Below are positions 1 through 9,281 of a stretch of 64,000 nt of DNA, piece after piece. Positions within the stretch are counted from its first letter, which is position 1. Every line of letters begins with the position of its first letter. Position numbers and translations under genes: made by a program. Origin of the DNA: an uncultured Aliarcobacter sp. (GTDB lineage Bacteria > Campylobacterota > Campylobacteria > Campylobacterales > Arcobacteraceae); contig OY781945.1 in assembly GCA_963677435.1 (NCBI GenBank), positions 704,001 to 768,000 on the forward strand, written 5' to 3'. The notes under the pieces are model-generated. The model searched no databases. It was given only the letters and a program-made list of their open reading frames with translations, and was not told the DNA's origin.

Positions 1-1849
1 TTTTCATATTTTCAGCTCTTAAAGGATAACCTTCTTTAAAAGCAGCTTCATCAACTTGAATCATTTTAATTCCAGCATTTTGCAAATCATCTACTTCTTT
101 TGCAATGGCAAGGGCTATTTGAGAAGCCACTTCACTTCTTGAAATGTCATCTCTTACAAATGACCAGTTTAAAATAGTAACTGGTCCTGTTAACATTCCT
201 TTTACTACTTTTGAAGTTTTACTTTGAGCATATTTAATCCACTCAACAGTCATTGGATTTTCTCTGTTTACATCTCCATAAATTAAAGGTGGTTTTACGC
301 ATCTACTTCCATAAGATTGAACCCAAGCATTTTGAGTGAATGCAAATCCATCTAACATCTCACCAAAATATTCAACCATGTCATTTCTTTCAGGTTCACC
401 ATGCACTAAAACATCAAGTCCAATCTCTTCTTGAAAAGCAATACAATCATCTATATATTTTTTTATCTCTTTTTCATATTCATCTTTTGAAATTAGATTT
501 GCTTTGTAATTTTTTCTATTTTCTCTAATTTCTGGTGTTTGGGGAAATGAGCCAATTGTTGTAGTTGTTAGATAATCATAATTAAAAAACTCTCTTTGAA
601 CTTTTATTCTATCTTCAAATTTATCAGCTCTTTGACAAACTTTTAGATTTTTTATCTCATTTTGAATTTCTAGATTATGAATCTTAGTAGATGTTTTTCT
701 TTGATTATTATCTTCAATATTTTTTTTGATAATTGAAATTTCATCTAAATTTAGTTTAAAAGCAAAAAACTCTTTACTTACTAGTTTTAATTCATTTAGT
801 TTTTCACAAGCAAAGGCTAACCAAGATTTTAACTCTTTATCTAAATTATCTTCGTATTTTAAAGAAAAAGGAACATGAAGAAGAGAACAAGATGTTGAAA
901 TAATCAAATTCTCTTTATCTATAATTTTTGTTATCTCATCTAGAAGATTTAGTTTATCTTTGAAATTACTTTTCCAAATGTTTCTTCCATCAATAACACC
1001 AGCAATTAAGATTTTATTCGAGTTTTTTATATATTCTAAACTTTCAAAGTTTTTAACTCCATAAATAAAATCTAAACCAAGAGCCCAAATTGGCGTATTT
1101 ACCAATATTTTTGTTGCTTCATTTGAGTGTTCAAAATAACTTGTAACAACAATTTTAATATTTGAGGCTGTATTTGCAAGTGTTTCATAAACTGGTTTGA
1201 TTAAAGATAAAACTTTTGAATCTAAATCTTTTACAAATAATGGTTCATCAAATTGAACAACAATTTCTTCGTCTAATTTTGATATTTCTAACAATAGACT
1301 TTTATAAGTATTAACAACACTATTTATATGTAAATAAACATCACTATTATCAACACTTTTTGATAAACCTAAATATGTAATTGCTCCAATTAAATTGATT
1401 TTTGTTTTAACACCTAATTCACGAGCTTCTTTATACTCTTGGATTACTTTTTTACTATTTAGTTTAAAAGTAGTCTCTTTTGAGATTTCAGGAACAATAT
1501 AATGATAGTTTGTATTAAACCATTTTGTCATTTCCATTGCAACGCAAGTTTCATTTCCCCTTGCCATTGCAAAATATAACTCTTCATCTTTTAGATTTTC
1601 AAATCTTTTTGGAATTGCTCCTAATAATATAGAAGTATCTAACATATTGTCATAATATGAAAAATCATTTGAAGAGATAAAATCAACTTTTGCCTCTTTT
1701 TGATAATTCCAATGTCTTTTTCTTAGTTGACTAGCTAAATATTCAACTTCACTAAAATCATTTTGATTTGCCCAGTATTTTTCTAAAACTTTTTTAAGTT
1801 CTCTTTTTTCTCCAATTCTTGGAAATCCTATTACATAATTTTTTTGCAT
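1..1849 (-). CDS. metE: Cobalamin-independent methionine synthase (5' part; runs off window start)
   Basis: Absent from the ORF track, consistent with running off the window edge. Segments translated by hand from ATG 1849 give MQKNYVIGFPRIGEKRE, TTTIGSFPQT and IQVDEAAFKEGYPLR; the last is in frame with the start. AAGGA SD upstream. Confidence 0.95.
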   Translation of the reverse strand, partial: MQKNYVIGFPRIGEKRELKKVLEKYWANQNDFSEVEYLASQLRKRHWNYQKEAKVDFISSNDFSYYDNMLDTSILLGAIPKRFENLKDEELYFAMARGNETCVAMEMTKWFNTNYHYIVPEISKETTFKLNSKKVIQEYKEARELGVKTKINLIGAITYLGLSKSVDNSDVYLHINSVVNTYKSLLLEISKLDEEIVVQFDEPLFVKDLDSKVLSLIKPVYETLANTASNIKIVVTSYFEHSNEATKILVNTPIWALGLDFIYGVKNFESLEYIKNSNKILIAGVIDGRNIWKSNFKDKLNLLDEITKIIDKENLIISTSCSLLHVPFSLKYEDNLDKELKSWLAFACEKLNELKLVSKEFFAFKLNLDEISIIKKNIEDNNQRKTSTKIHNLEIQNEIKNLKVCQRADKFEDRIKVQREFFNYDYLTTTTIGSFPQTPEIRENRKNYKANLISKDEYEKEIKKYIDDCIAFQEEIGLDVLVHGEPERNDMVEYFGEMLDGFAFTQNAWVQSYGSRCVKPPLIYGDVNRENPMTVEWIKYAQSKTSKVVKGMLTGPVTILNWSFVRDDISRSEVASQIALAIAKEVDDLQNAGIKMIQVDEAAFKEGYPLRAENMK

Positions 1850-1972
1850 AATTAATCCTTTTTAATGCGTCCATAAAATGGAACTTAAGAATAATTGCCA
1901 ACTTTTACAAGTAGCAAAAACTAAAGGCTTTTAAAAATAAAGCCATAACAACAGATATAAAATTTTGATTAA

Positions 1973-2317
1973 TTAAAAAATAGGTGGATGAACGCCAGTT
2001 CTTCTAAATGCGAAGAAAGTATCATAGTAAGGACATCGTGGAATAAATTTAAATAAGCTTACTGCTAAGGCAGTTTTTCTTTTAAATACACAGTCACAAT
2101 GACAAGGTTTATTGTTTTGTAAAAAACAAAGAACAAGTGATTCTTGTAAATTAGGTGGAGAGTCTTCTTCTTTCTCATCTTTAGATGATAATAAAAGTTT
2201 TGTATTTAAATGATTTTTAAATGAAGTAATTACACTATGTAATTTTGGAGCAACAGCATACGCTTGTATTGAACAAAGTGTAAAATATTTTTTTCCAAAA
2301 CCCTTCAGTAATTTCAA
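1973..2317 (-). CDS. Cys-rich small protein upstream of metE; candidate leader/arrest peptide
   Basis: 114-codon ORF with TTG start, AAAGG SD and TACACT -10 at 2346-2351; contains CHCDC and ends in RRTGVHPPIF. Confidence 0.55.
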   Translation of the reverse strand: MKLLKGFGKKYFTLCSIQAYAVAPKLHSVITSFKNHLNTKLLLSSKDEKEEDSPPNLQESLVLCFLQNNKPCHCDCVFKRKTALAVSLFKFIPRCPYYDTFFAFRRTGVHPPIF

Positions 2318-2386
2318 GTAAAACCTTTATAGTAAATATGTGCGAAGTGTAAATAATTAATGCTTAATTGTAAATAAAAGTAAATA

Positions 2387-2395
2387 TGGTATGAT
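2387..2395 (+). promoter_or_regulatory. Extended -10 promoter for trmD-rplS
   Basis: TGGTATGAT (TGn-TATGAT) just upstream of the trmD leader. Confidence 0.5.
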
Positions 2396-2446
2396 TCCAA
2401 TCAAAAAGGAGTACATACTTTATATTTAAAGTATGTGATTTTAAGT

Positions 2447-3124
2447 TTGAAATTTACTTTTGTAACACTTTTCCCAAATTTGATAGAACCATATTTTCAC
2501 GATTCTATATTAAAAAGAGCGGTTGAATCAAATTTTATATCTTATGAGTTCTATAATCCTAGAGATTTTACAACTAATAAACATAAAAAAGTTGATGACC
2601 AAATGGTTGGCGGAGGAGCAGGAATGCTTCTTACTTGTCAACCTTTATTTGACTGTTTAGATGAAATAAAGAGTAAAAATAATGATGCTTATATTGTTTT
2701 TCCACTAGCAGCTGCTAAACCATTTAGACAAAATGATGCGAAGCGACTAGCAAAGAAAAAAAATATAGTATTTGTTAGTGGACGATATGAAGGAATTGAT
2801 GAAAGAGTTATAGAAAAATATGCAAATGAGGTATTTTCTATAGGAGAATTTATTTTAACAGGGGGTGAATTACCTTCACTTGTTATGGCAGATGCTATTT
2901 CAAGGAATGTTGAAAAAGTACTTGGGAATGCCGATTCTTTGGATATTGAGAGCTATGAAAATAACCTTTTAGAAGCGCCATCTTTTACTAAACCTGAAAT
3001 TTTTCAAAATTTAAGTGTTGTTAAAGAATTCTTAAAGGGAAATCATAGTAAAATTTCCGACTTAAAATTCCAGATGTCAAATTGTAAGACAAAATATTAT
3101 AGACCTAATAAGGAAAAACGATGA
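2447..3124 (+). CDS. trmD: tRNA (guanine-N1)-methyltransferase
   Basis: [44 protein letters not shown]; start placed at TTG 2447. Confidence 0.97.
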   Translation: MKFTFVTLFPNLIEPYFHDSILKRAVESNFISYEFYNPRDFTTNKHKKVDDQMVGGGAGMLLTCQPLFDCLDEIKSKNNDAYIVFPLAAAKPFRQNDAKRLAKKKNIVFVSGRYEGIDERVIEKYANEVFSIGEFILTGGELPSLVMADAISRNVEKVLGNADSLDIESYENNLLEAPSFTKPEIFQNLSVVKEFLKGNHSKISDLKFQMSNCKTKYYRPNKEKR

Positions 3125-3477
3125 AAAATAGATATATTGCTAGTTTCGAAGCAGCACAAATTGAGTCAAAAGTTATCCCTCAATTTAGAGCAGGAGATAC
3201 TGTAAGACTTGGTATTGAGATTAAAGAAGGTGAGAAAAAAAGAGTTCAGCTTTTTGAAGGTATTGTTATTGCTAGAAGTGGAAATGGTGTAGATTCAACT
3301 TTTACAGTTAGAAAAATCGGTGCAAATTCAATCGGTGTTGAAAGAATTTTCCCATTATATTCTGAATCAATTAAAACTTTTGAAGTAATCAGAAGAGGAA
3401 GAGTAAGAAGAGCTAAACTTCACTTCTTAAGAGGATTAAAAGGTAAAGCTGCAAGAATTAAAGAATTAAAAAGATAG
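3121..3477 (+). CDS. rplS: 50S ribosomal protein L19
   Basis: [27 protein letters not shown]; follows trmD. Confidence 0.98.
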   Translation: MKNRYIASFEAAQIESKVIPQFRAGDTVRLGIEIKEGEKKRVQLFEGIVIARSGNGVDSTFTVRKIGANSIGVERIFPLYSESIKTFEVIRRGRVRRAKLHFLRGLKGKAARIKELKR

Positions 3478-3512
3478 TAAACAATAAGGCTTAAGCCTTT
3501 TTGTTTGATTTT

Positions 3513-4031
3513 ATGTCTAAAATCTTAATTCACACAACCTCAATAATCGAAGCAAATCCGATTATTGAATTTTTTAATTTGAAAGAATTAGAAAACTCTG
3601 TTGAAAATAAAATATATTCCAATGATGATATCTTACTTATAATATCTGGAGTAAGTAAAGATTTAATAGTTAAGTCTTTGGATTATATTTTTAAAAACTA
3701 TTCAATTTCTAAAGCATTTGATTTAAGTATTGCTTCTTGTAGTGATGGTTCAATTGCCCTTGGAACACTTTTTTGTACCAATAGATTTATTGGTGGTTTA
3801 AATTTTGCTAATATTACTACTATCGAACAACCCCTTGAAACTGATGAAAATTTAGAGACTTTACTTGTTGATAAACAAGCTTTGTTTTTTTCTCAAAAAT
3901 GTAAAGAGAACATAAAAGATTTTTATATTCTAAAAATTGTTTCTGATTATTTTGATGAAGTTGAACCAACATCTGATAAAATATTTGAACTTATTAATAA
4001 TTCTATTTCAAAGTGGAAAAAACTAATTTAA
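3513..4031 (+). CDS. Hypothetical protein, degenerate nucleoside-phosphorylase-like fold
   Basis: IEANPIIEFFNL, LLIISGV and LKIVSDY resemble PNP/UDP-1 family motifs; start ATG 3513 or TTG 3501. Confidence 0.5.
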   Translation: MSKILIHTTSIIEANPIIEFFNLKELENSVENKIYSNDDILLIISGVSKDLIVKSLDYIFKNYSISKAFDLSIASCSDGSIALGTLFCTNRFIGGLNFANITTIEQPLETDENLETLLVDKQALFFSQKCKENIKDFYILKIVSDYFDEVEPTSDKIFELINNSISKWKKLI

Positions 4032-4040
4032 AGGTATAAA

Positions 4041-4646
4041 TTGCTTGCAAGTATAATTGACTTTATAGTTAACACTGTTGGAACTTTAGGTTATGTAGGT
4101 ATTTTTATAATGATGTTTTTAGAAAGTTCATTTTTCCCATTTCCTTCAGAAGTTGTTATGATACCTGCTGGATATTTAGTATTCAAAGGTGAAATGAATA
4201 TGTACTTAGTTCTTTTGTTTGGAATATTAGGTTCTTTATCTGGGGCATTATTTAACTACTATTTAGCTGTAAAATATGGACGAAAATTTTTAATAAAATA
4301 TGGAAGATATTTTTTTGTAAAAGAGCAAACTATTATTAAAATGGAAGAATTTTTTAAAGTTCATGGACATATTTCAACTTTTTCAGGAAGATTAATACCA
4401 GGAGTTAGACAATATATTTCATTCCCAGCAGGACTTGCGAAAATGAATCTATTTGTATTTTGTCTATTTACAACTTTAGGTGCTGCTATTTGGGTTGTGA
4501 TTCTTACACTTTTAGGATATTTTTTAGGTGATAACCAATTATTAATTAAAGAGTATTTACACTATATAGTTATAGTTATTTTGATATTATTAGTAATTCT
4601 ATGTTTTTGGTATTATAAAAAACAAACAAAAGTTAAAGGATTATAG
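4041..4646 (+). CDS. DedA family membrane protein
   Basis: [36 protein letters not shown]. Confidence 0.93.
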   Translation: MLASIIDFIVNTVGTLGYVGIFIMMFLESSFFPFPSEVVMIPAGYLVFKGEMNMYLVLLFGILGSLSGALFNYYLAVKYGRKFLIKYGRYFFVKEQTIIKMEEFFKVHGHISTFSGRLIPGVRQYISFPAGLAKMNLFVFCLFTTLGAAIWVVILTLLGYFLGDNQLLIKEYLHYIVIVILILLVILCFWYYKKQTKVKGL

Positions 4647-5198
4647 ATGTATAAAAAAATACTAAAAATTGTTTTAATTCTTTTAGTATTTATTTATATA
4701 ATTTTCGAAGAGTTAATTTGGGAAAAGTTTGCAAAACCTATAATTACTTTTATCACAAACCAACAAATATTTAAAAATCTTATTCCTAAAATCTTAAATC
4801 TAAACTCATATTTTATTTTAATATTTTTTGTTTCTATATTTGTTATTGTTGAAATAATAGGAGCATATGCTGGATTATTATTTATATCTGGACATATAGT
4901 TACAGCAACTCTTATATATATACTTAAAATACCAGTTGCTGCATTTATCTTTTGGTTTTTTAATATAGTAAAACCTAAATTATTAGAATTTAAATGGTTT
5001 AAATTTGTATACGATAATTTGATTTTAGCTATTTATAAAATTAAAAACTCTTCAATTTATATAATGATAAAACAAAAAGTTGCAGATTATAAAAGAATTC
5101 TAAAAGAGAATGGCTTCTTAAGTAAAGGTAGATTAAAACATAAAATCATTGGACTTTATAAAATAATAAAACACAAAATAACAAAAATTAAATATTAA
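4647..5198 (+). CDS. Hypothetical membrane protein
   Basis: 183-aa ORF with several hydrophobic segments, abutting dedA. Confidence 0.7.
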   Translation: MYKKILKIVLILLVFIYIIFEELIWEKFAKPIITFITNQQIFKNLIPKILNLNSYFILIFFVSIFVIVEIIGAYAGLLFISGHIVTATLIYILKIPVAAFIFWFFNIVKPKLLEFKWFKFVYDNLILAIYKIKNSSIYIMIKQKVADYKRILKENGFLSKGRLKHKIIGLYKIIKHKITKIKY

Positions 5199-5243
5199 TT
5201 AAACTTTATATAATACAATAAGCTAAAATTTTAAGGCTTATTC

Positions 5244-6128
5244 ATAAATACTCAAAAACAAGCATATAAATATGCGTTAATTTCAATCTTTTTTTGGTCA
5301 ACAGTAGCTACTGCATTTAAAATATCTTTACAATTTTTAACTCCTATAGAGTTAGTTTTATATGCATCATTTTTTTCAACATTGATTTTATTTTTTGTAA
5401 TTGTTTATGAGAAAAAAATTAATGATGTAAAAATTCATATTTTAACAAATTATAAAAAAGTCTTTATCTTAGGTTTGATAAACCCTTTTTTATATTATTT
5501 GGTTCTTTTTAAAGCTTATGATTTATTACCAGCTCAAGAAGCGCAATCAATAAATTATACTTGGGCATTAATGTTGGCATTTTTATCAGTAATATTTCTA
5601 AAACAAAAACTAACACTAAAAGATATACTAGCAGGAATCATATGTTATTTTGGTGTACTTATTATTTCAACTAAAGGTGAGCCTTTCTCTTTGAACTTCT
5701 CAAATTTTGATGGAGTATTTTTCGCTTTATTATCAACCGTTTTATGGTCTATGTATTGGATTATAAATACCAAACATAAAGGTGATCCAATTGTTGGATT
5801 ATTCTCTAACTTTTTAATCTCACTTCCTTTAATTATCATTTATTTTGTAATAACTCAACCTCTAATTATTCCTGATATAAAAGGAGTATTATCAGCTGCT
5901 TATGTTGGTTTTTTTGAAATGGGGATTACTTTTCTTTTTTGGCTAAAAGCAATGCAAAAAGCAACTTCAACTGCTAAAATTGCAAATTTGATTTTTATAT
6001 CTCCATTTCTTTCTTTAATATTTATTCATTTTATTGTTGGTGAAGAGATATTTTTATCTACAATTTTTGGATTATCTATTATTATATTTGGCTTAATTTT
6101 ACAACAATCAAGCAAAGATAAAAACTAG
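5244..6128 (+). CDS. DMT/EamA family transporter; probable ATA start
   Basis: Frame is open upstream of the called TTG 5382 (INTQKQAYKYALISIFFWSTVATAFK) back to TAA 5232; QAQ-like ..INYTWAL motif and about 10 TM segments. Confidence 0.85.
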   Translation: MNTQKQAYKYALISIFFWSTVATAFKISLQFLTPIELVLYASFFSTLILFFVIVYEKKINDVKIHILTNYKKVFILGLINPFLYYLVLFKAYDLLPAQEAQSINYTWALMLAFLSVIFLKQKLTLKDILAGIICYFGVLIISTKGEPFSLNFSNFDGVFFALLSTVLWSMYWIINTKHKGDPIVGLFSNFLISLPLIIIYFVITQPLIIPDIKGVLSAAYVGFFEMGITFLFWLKAMQKATSTAKIANLIFISPFLSLIFIHFIVGEEIFLSTIFGLSIIIFGLILQQSSKDKN

Positions 6129-6162
6129 CATAAAATATACAATATTCTATAAAATCTACAGA

Positions 6163-6308
6163 AAAATAGCATCAAAATAGCATTTCTTCACATATTTCAA
6201 AATTGACTAAATATTATACAAATATAGTAAAAATATTAAGTTTCAGTTAAGTTTCACTATGAAATAATGCTTAAAGAAAAAAAGGTAGTACTAAAAGTAT
6301 TACTAAAA
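6163..6308 (+). promoter_or_regulatory. Cluster of short tandem direct repeats (candidate operators) upstream of the RHH-liv-putA cluster
   Basis: AAAATAGCAT x2 (6163, 6174); TTAAGTTTCA x2 (6236, 6247); GTA(G/T)TACTAAAA x2 (6285, 6297). Confidence 0.45.
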
Positions 6309-6331
6309 AATCTTTAATGATTTGGAACAAA

Positions 6332-6571
6332 ATGGCAAAGCTAAAAAATAAAAGATCGATTATTCAAAAAGTTATCAATAAGCATAATTTGATAAATAAA
6401 AAGACTATATCTCAATTAACTATTAAGATTGATAGTAGATTAGACGAAGCCTTAAAAATATTAAGTACAGAGCTAAATATTTCAAAAAATAGATTGATTG
6501 AAGATATTTTATTTGAAAGTGGTATCTTGCAAGAAGTTGATGAAAATTATGTGGAGTTAGATAATGAATAA
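6332..6571 (+). CDS. Small ribbon-helix-helix (CopG/Arc-like) DNA-binding protein
   Basis: SQLTIKIDSRLDEALKILSTELNISKNRLIEDIL fits the RHH beta-alpha-alpha pattern; start 6332 or 6317. Confidence 0.7.
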   Translation: MAKLKNKRSIIQKVINKHNLINKKTISQLTIKIDSRLDEALKILSTELNISKNRLIEDILFESGILQEVDENYVELDNE

Positions 6572-7223
6572 ATTTCCTATAAAAGAGAGTGTAGAAAATT
6601 CAGTAATAACAGGAATGTTAAATGCAAAAAAAAATTACACTTTTTGGACATGTGATGAATTGTATTTATCTTATGCTCCAGCAAAATTTTTAGCAATACA
6701 TGTTGCTCAAGAAATTGCAAAATTAGAAGATAGTCCAGAGATATTTTTAGATGCAACAGTATCTGATATTTTAAGATGTTCATTACCTAATAGAAGTGAG
6801 TTTAGAGATTTCATGAAAAAAAAATATATCATTGACAGAACTCTTTGCCTTACTTTAGATAAAAGATTTACTCACAAAAGTGACAATGATTCAATATCAA
6901 AAGTAATAATGTTTTTAAAAAATGGTGTTAGAAATGTTCAACAAGAGTATTTAGATGATATTGAATTAATGTGTAAAATGTTAGAAAGAGATAGTAAAGA
7001 TGAAACAACTTTAGATTATGGAATTTTTGGATTCTATTTAGATATTTCATCAAGTGCTAGAAAAAATGCAAAAGATAGATTAGATAATATTATTGAAGCC
7101 TTTGATAAAATAGTAGCTTCACATAAAAATTTAAAATCTAGTTTTAAGGGAGGAAGTATCAACAAAATTGACAAAATCGGTGAATGGTGCATAGGTTGCT
7201 ATGTAATTGAACATACAGTATAA
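6564..7223 (+). CDS. Hypothetical protein (possible degenerate PD-(D/E)XK fold)
   Basis: 219-aa ORF overlapping the RHH gene stop; the fold call is inference only. Confidence 0.6.
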   Translation: MNKFPIKESVENSVITGMLNAKKNYTFWTCDELYLSYAPAKFLAIHVAQEIAKLEDSPEIFLDATVSDILRCSLPNRSEFRDFMKKKYIIDRTLCLTLDKRFTHKSDNDSISKVIMFLKNGVRNVQQEYLDDIELMCKMLERDSKDETTLDYGIFGFYLDISSSARKNAKDRLDNIIEAFDKIVASHKNLKSSFKGGSINKIDKIGEWCIGCYVIEHTV

Positions 7224-7244
7224 ATAAAATTTAAGGAGAGATAA

Positions 7245-8366
7245 ATGAATTTAAGAAATATAACTAAAACGATAGCGTTGAGTACAATAGTAGCAGGCTC
7301 ATTATTTGCAAGTGATGTAGTTAAAATAGGTGTACAAGCACCAATTACTGGAGAATATGCAAATGAGGGACAAAGTATAGAAAACTTTGTAAAATTGATT
7401 GTTGATGAAAAAAATGCAGAAGGTGGCCTTTTAGGTAAAAAAATTGAAGTTGTAACTTGTGATGATGAAGCAAAAGCTCAAAAAGCAGCTGTTTGTGCTA
7501 AGAAATTAGTAAATGAAGGTGTAATTGCAGTTATTGGTTCATATACTTCAGGAGCAACAGAAGCTGCTCAAACTACATACTATAGAAGTAAAGTTTTACA
7601 AACATCAGATGGAACAAGTGATTCTTTAATTACAAATAAATACTGGACATTCTTTAGAAATTCTTTCCCTAACTCATCTCAAAGTGATTATACAGCTGAG
7701 TATATGGTAAAAACAAAACAATACAAAAACATAGTTGTTTTATCTGATTACTCTTCATATTCTGAAGGTTTAGGAGATGCAACTGAAGCATCAATTAAAG
7801 CTATTGGTGGGAATGTAATTTTTAGAGGAAAAATTAAATCAGGAACTCAAAATTTTACAGCAATGTTAACAAAAATTAAATCTATGAATCCAGATGTAAT
7901 TTATTACTCAGGTTATTATACTGACGGTGGTCAACTAAGAGCACAACAAAAACAATTACAAATTGATGCTGATTTTGTTGGTGGAGATTCAAATGATAAT
8001 CCAGATTTTTACAAATTAGCAGGTGATTCAGCAGAAGGAACAGTTTTAATTAACTTCCCAACTCCTGAGATTTTGCCATACCCAGAAGCTAAAAAATATT
8101 TATCAGCATATAAAGCTAAATATCAAATGGATCCTCCATCAATTTGGCCAGTTACAAATGCAGATGGTTTAAGAGCTATTATTGAAGGTGTAGAAAAAAC
8201 TAAATCATTTGATACTGAAAAAATTGCAAAATATATCAGAACAATGAAAGATTTCCCAGGTATTACAGGGCCATTTAACATAAGAGAAGATGGTGAAAGA
8301 GTTGGTGCTAAATTTGTCGTTTATAAAATGAAAAATGATGGTACAAAAGAAGTAATAAGTCAATAA
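7245..8366 (+). CDS. livK: Liv-type (HAAT) ABC transporter substrate-binding protein
   Basis: Signal peptide; VKIGVQAPITG, GGLLGKKIEVV, VIGSYTSG, FPGITG. Confidence 0.9.
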   Translation: MNLRNITKTIALSTIVAGSLFASDVVKIGVQAPITGEYANEGQSIENFVKLIVDEKNAEGGLLGKKIEVVTCDDEAKAQKAAVCAKKLVNEGVIAVIGSYTSGATEAAQTTYYRSKVLQTSDGTSDSLITNKYWTFFRNSFPNSSQSDYTAEYMVKTKQYKNIVVLSDYSSYSEGLGDATEASIKAIGGNVIFRGKIKSGTQNFTAMLTKIKSMNPDVIYYSGYYTDGGQLRAQQKQLQIDADFVGGDSNDNPDFYKLAGDSAEGTVLINFPTPEILPYPEAKKYLSAYKAKYQMDPPSIWPVTNADGLRAIIEGVEKTKSFDTEKIAKYIRTMKDFPGITGPFNIREDGERVGAKFVVYKMKNDGTKEVISQ

Positions 8367-8378
8367 GGTTTGTAAATA

Positions 8379-9281
8379 ATGGATATTTTTTTTCAACAGT
8401 TAATTAATGGTTTAACTATAGGAAGTTTATATGCATTAGTAGCTTTAGGTTATACAATGGTTTACGGTGTGATGAAGTTAATTAACTTCGCACACGGTGA
8501 CTTAGTAGCCTTTTCTGCTTATGTTGGCTTGACTATTTTTACTCAATTTTTTGGTTCAAATGCATTGTCTTTAATAAATATTATCATTGTATTTTTATTA
8601 ACAGCAATAGTGGTGGCTTTTGTGGGTGTTCTTCTTGAGCGTCTTGCATATAGACCTTTAAGAACGGCACCAAGATTAAGTGCTGTAGTTTCTGCTCTTG
8701 GTGCATCTTTGGTAATTCAAAATGGAATTATGCTTATTTGGGGACCAAATATGGAGATTTTTCCAGCTGATATATTTCCAACTACATCTTGGGATTTAGG
8801 TGGAGTAATTGTTTCATTTACACAAGTTATTATTTTAGTTTTATCATCAGTATTAATGGTATCACTGTATATTTTTATTAATAAAACAAAAATTGGAACA
8901 GCAATTAGAGCAACAGCTATTGATCAAGATGCTGCAAAATTAATGGGTATTAATGTTAATAGAATTATTATGACTATTTTTATCATTGGTTCAATGCTAG
9001 GAGCTGTGGGAGGTTTATTTATTGGTATTTATTATAGAGGTTTAACATTTGATATGGGATGGCTTTATGGTTTAAATGCTTTCATCGCAGCAATTATCGG
9101 TGGAATTGGTTCAATCCCAGGAGCAATGTTAGGTGGATTATTACTTGGATTATTTAATGCAATGATTTCAGGTTATATTTCAACTACTTGGGCTGAAACT
9201 TTTACCTTTATTTTATTAATTGTTATTCTAATTGTAAGACCAACAGGTCTTCTTGGTGAAAAAACGGCGGAGAAAGTATAA
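8379..9281 (+). CDS. livH: Liv-type ABC permease
   Basis: QQLINGLTIGSLYALVALGYTMVYG..INFAHG; AAIIGGIGSIPGA. Confidence 0.95.
   Translation: MDIFFQQLINGLTIGSLYALVALGYTMVYGVMKLINFAHGDLVAFSAYVGLTIFTQFFGSNALSLINIIIVFLLTAIVVAFVGVLLERLAYRPLRTAPRLSAVVSALGASLVIQNGIMLIWGPNMEIFPADIFPTTSWDLGGVIVSFTQVIILVLSSVLMVSLYIFINKTKIGTAIRATAIDQDAAKLMGINVNRIIMTIFIIGSMLGAVGGLFIGIYYRGLTFDMGWLYGLNAFIAAIIGGIGSIPGAMLGGLLLGLFNAMISGYISTTWAETFTFILLIVILIVRPTGLLGEKTAEKV

Noticed and set aside
1850..2340. Cobalamin or SAM riboswitch upstream of metE
   Set aside because: No B12-box or SAM consensus recognised on the minus strand by eye. An Infernal scan would be needed to exclude it fully.
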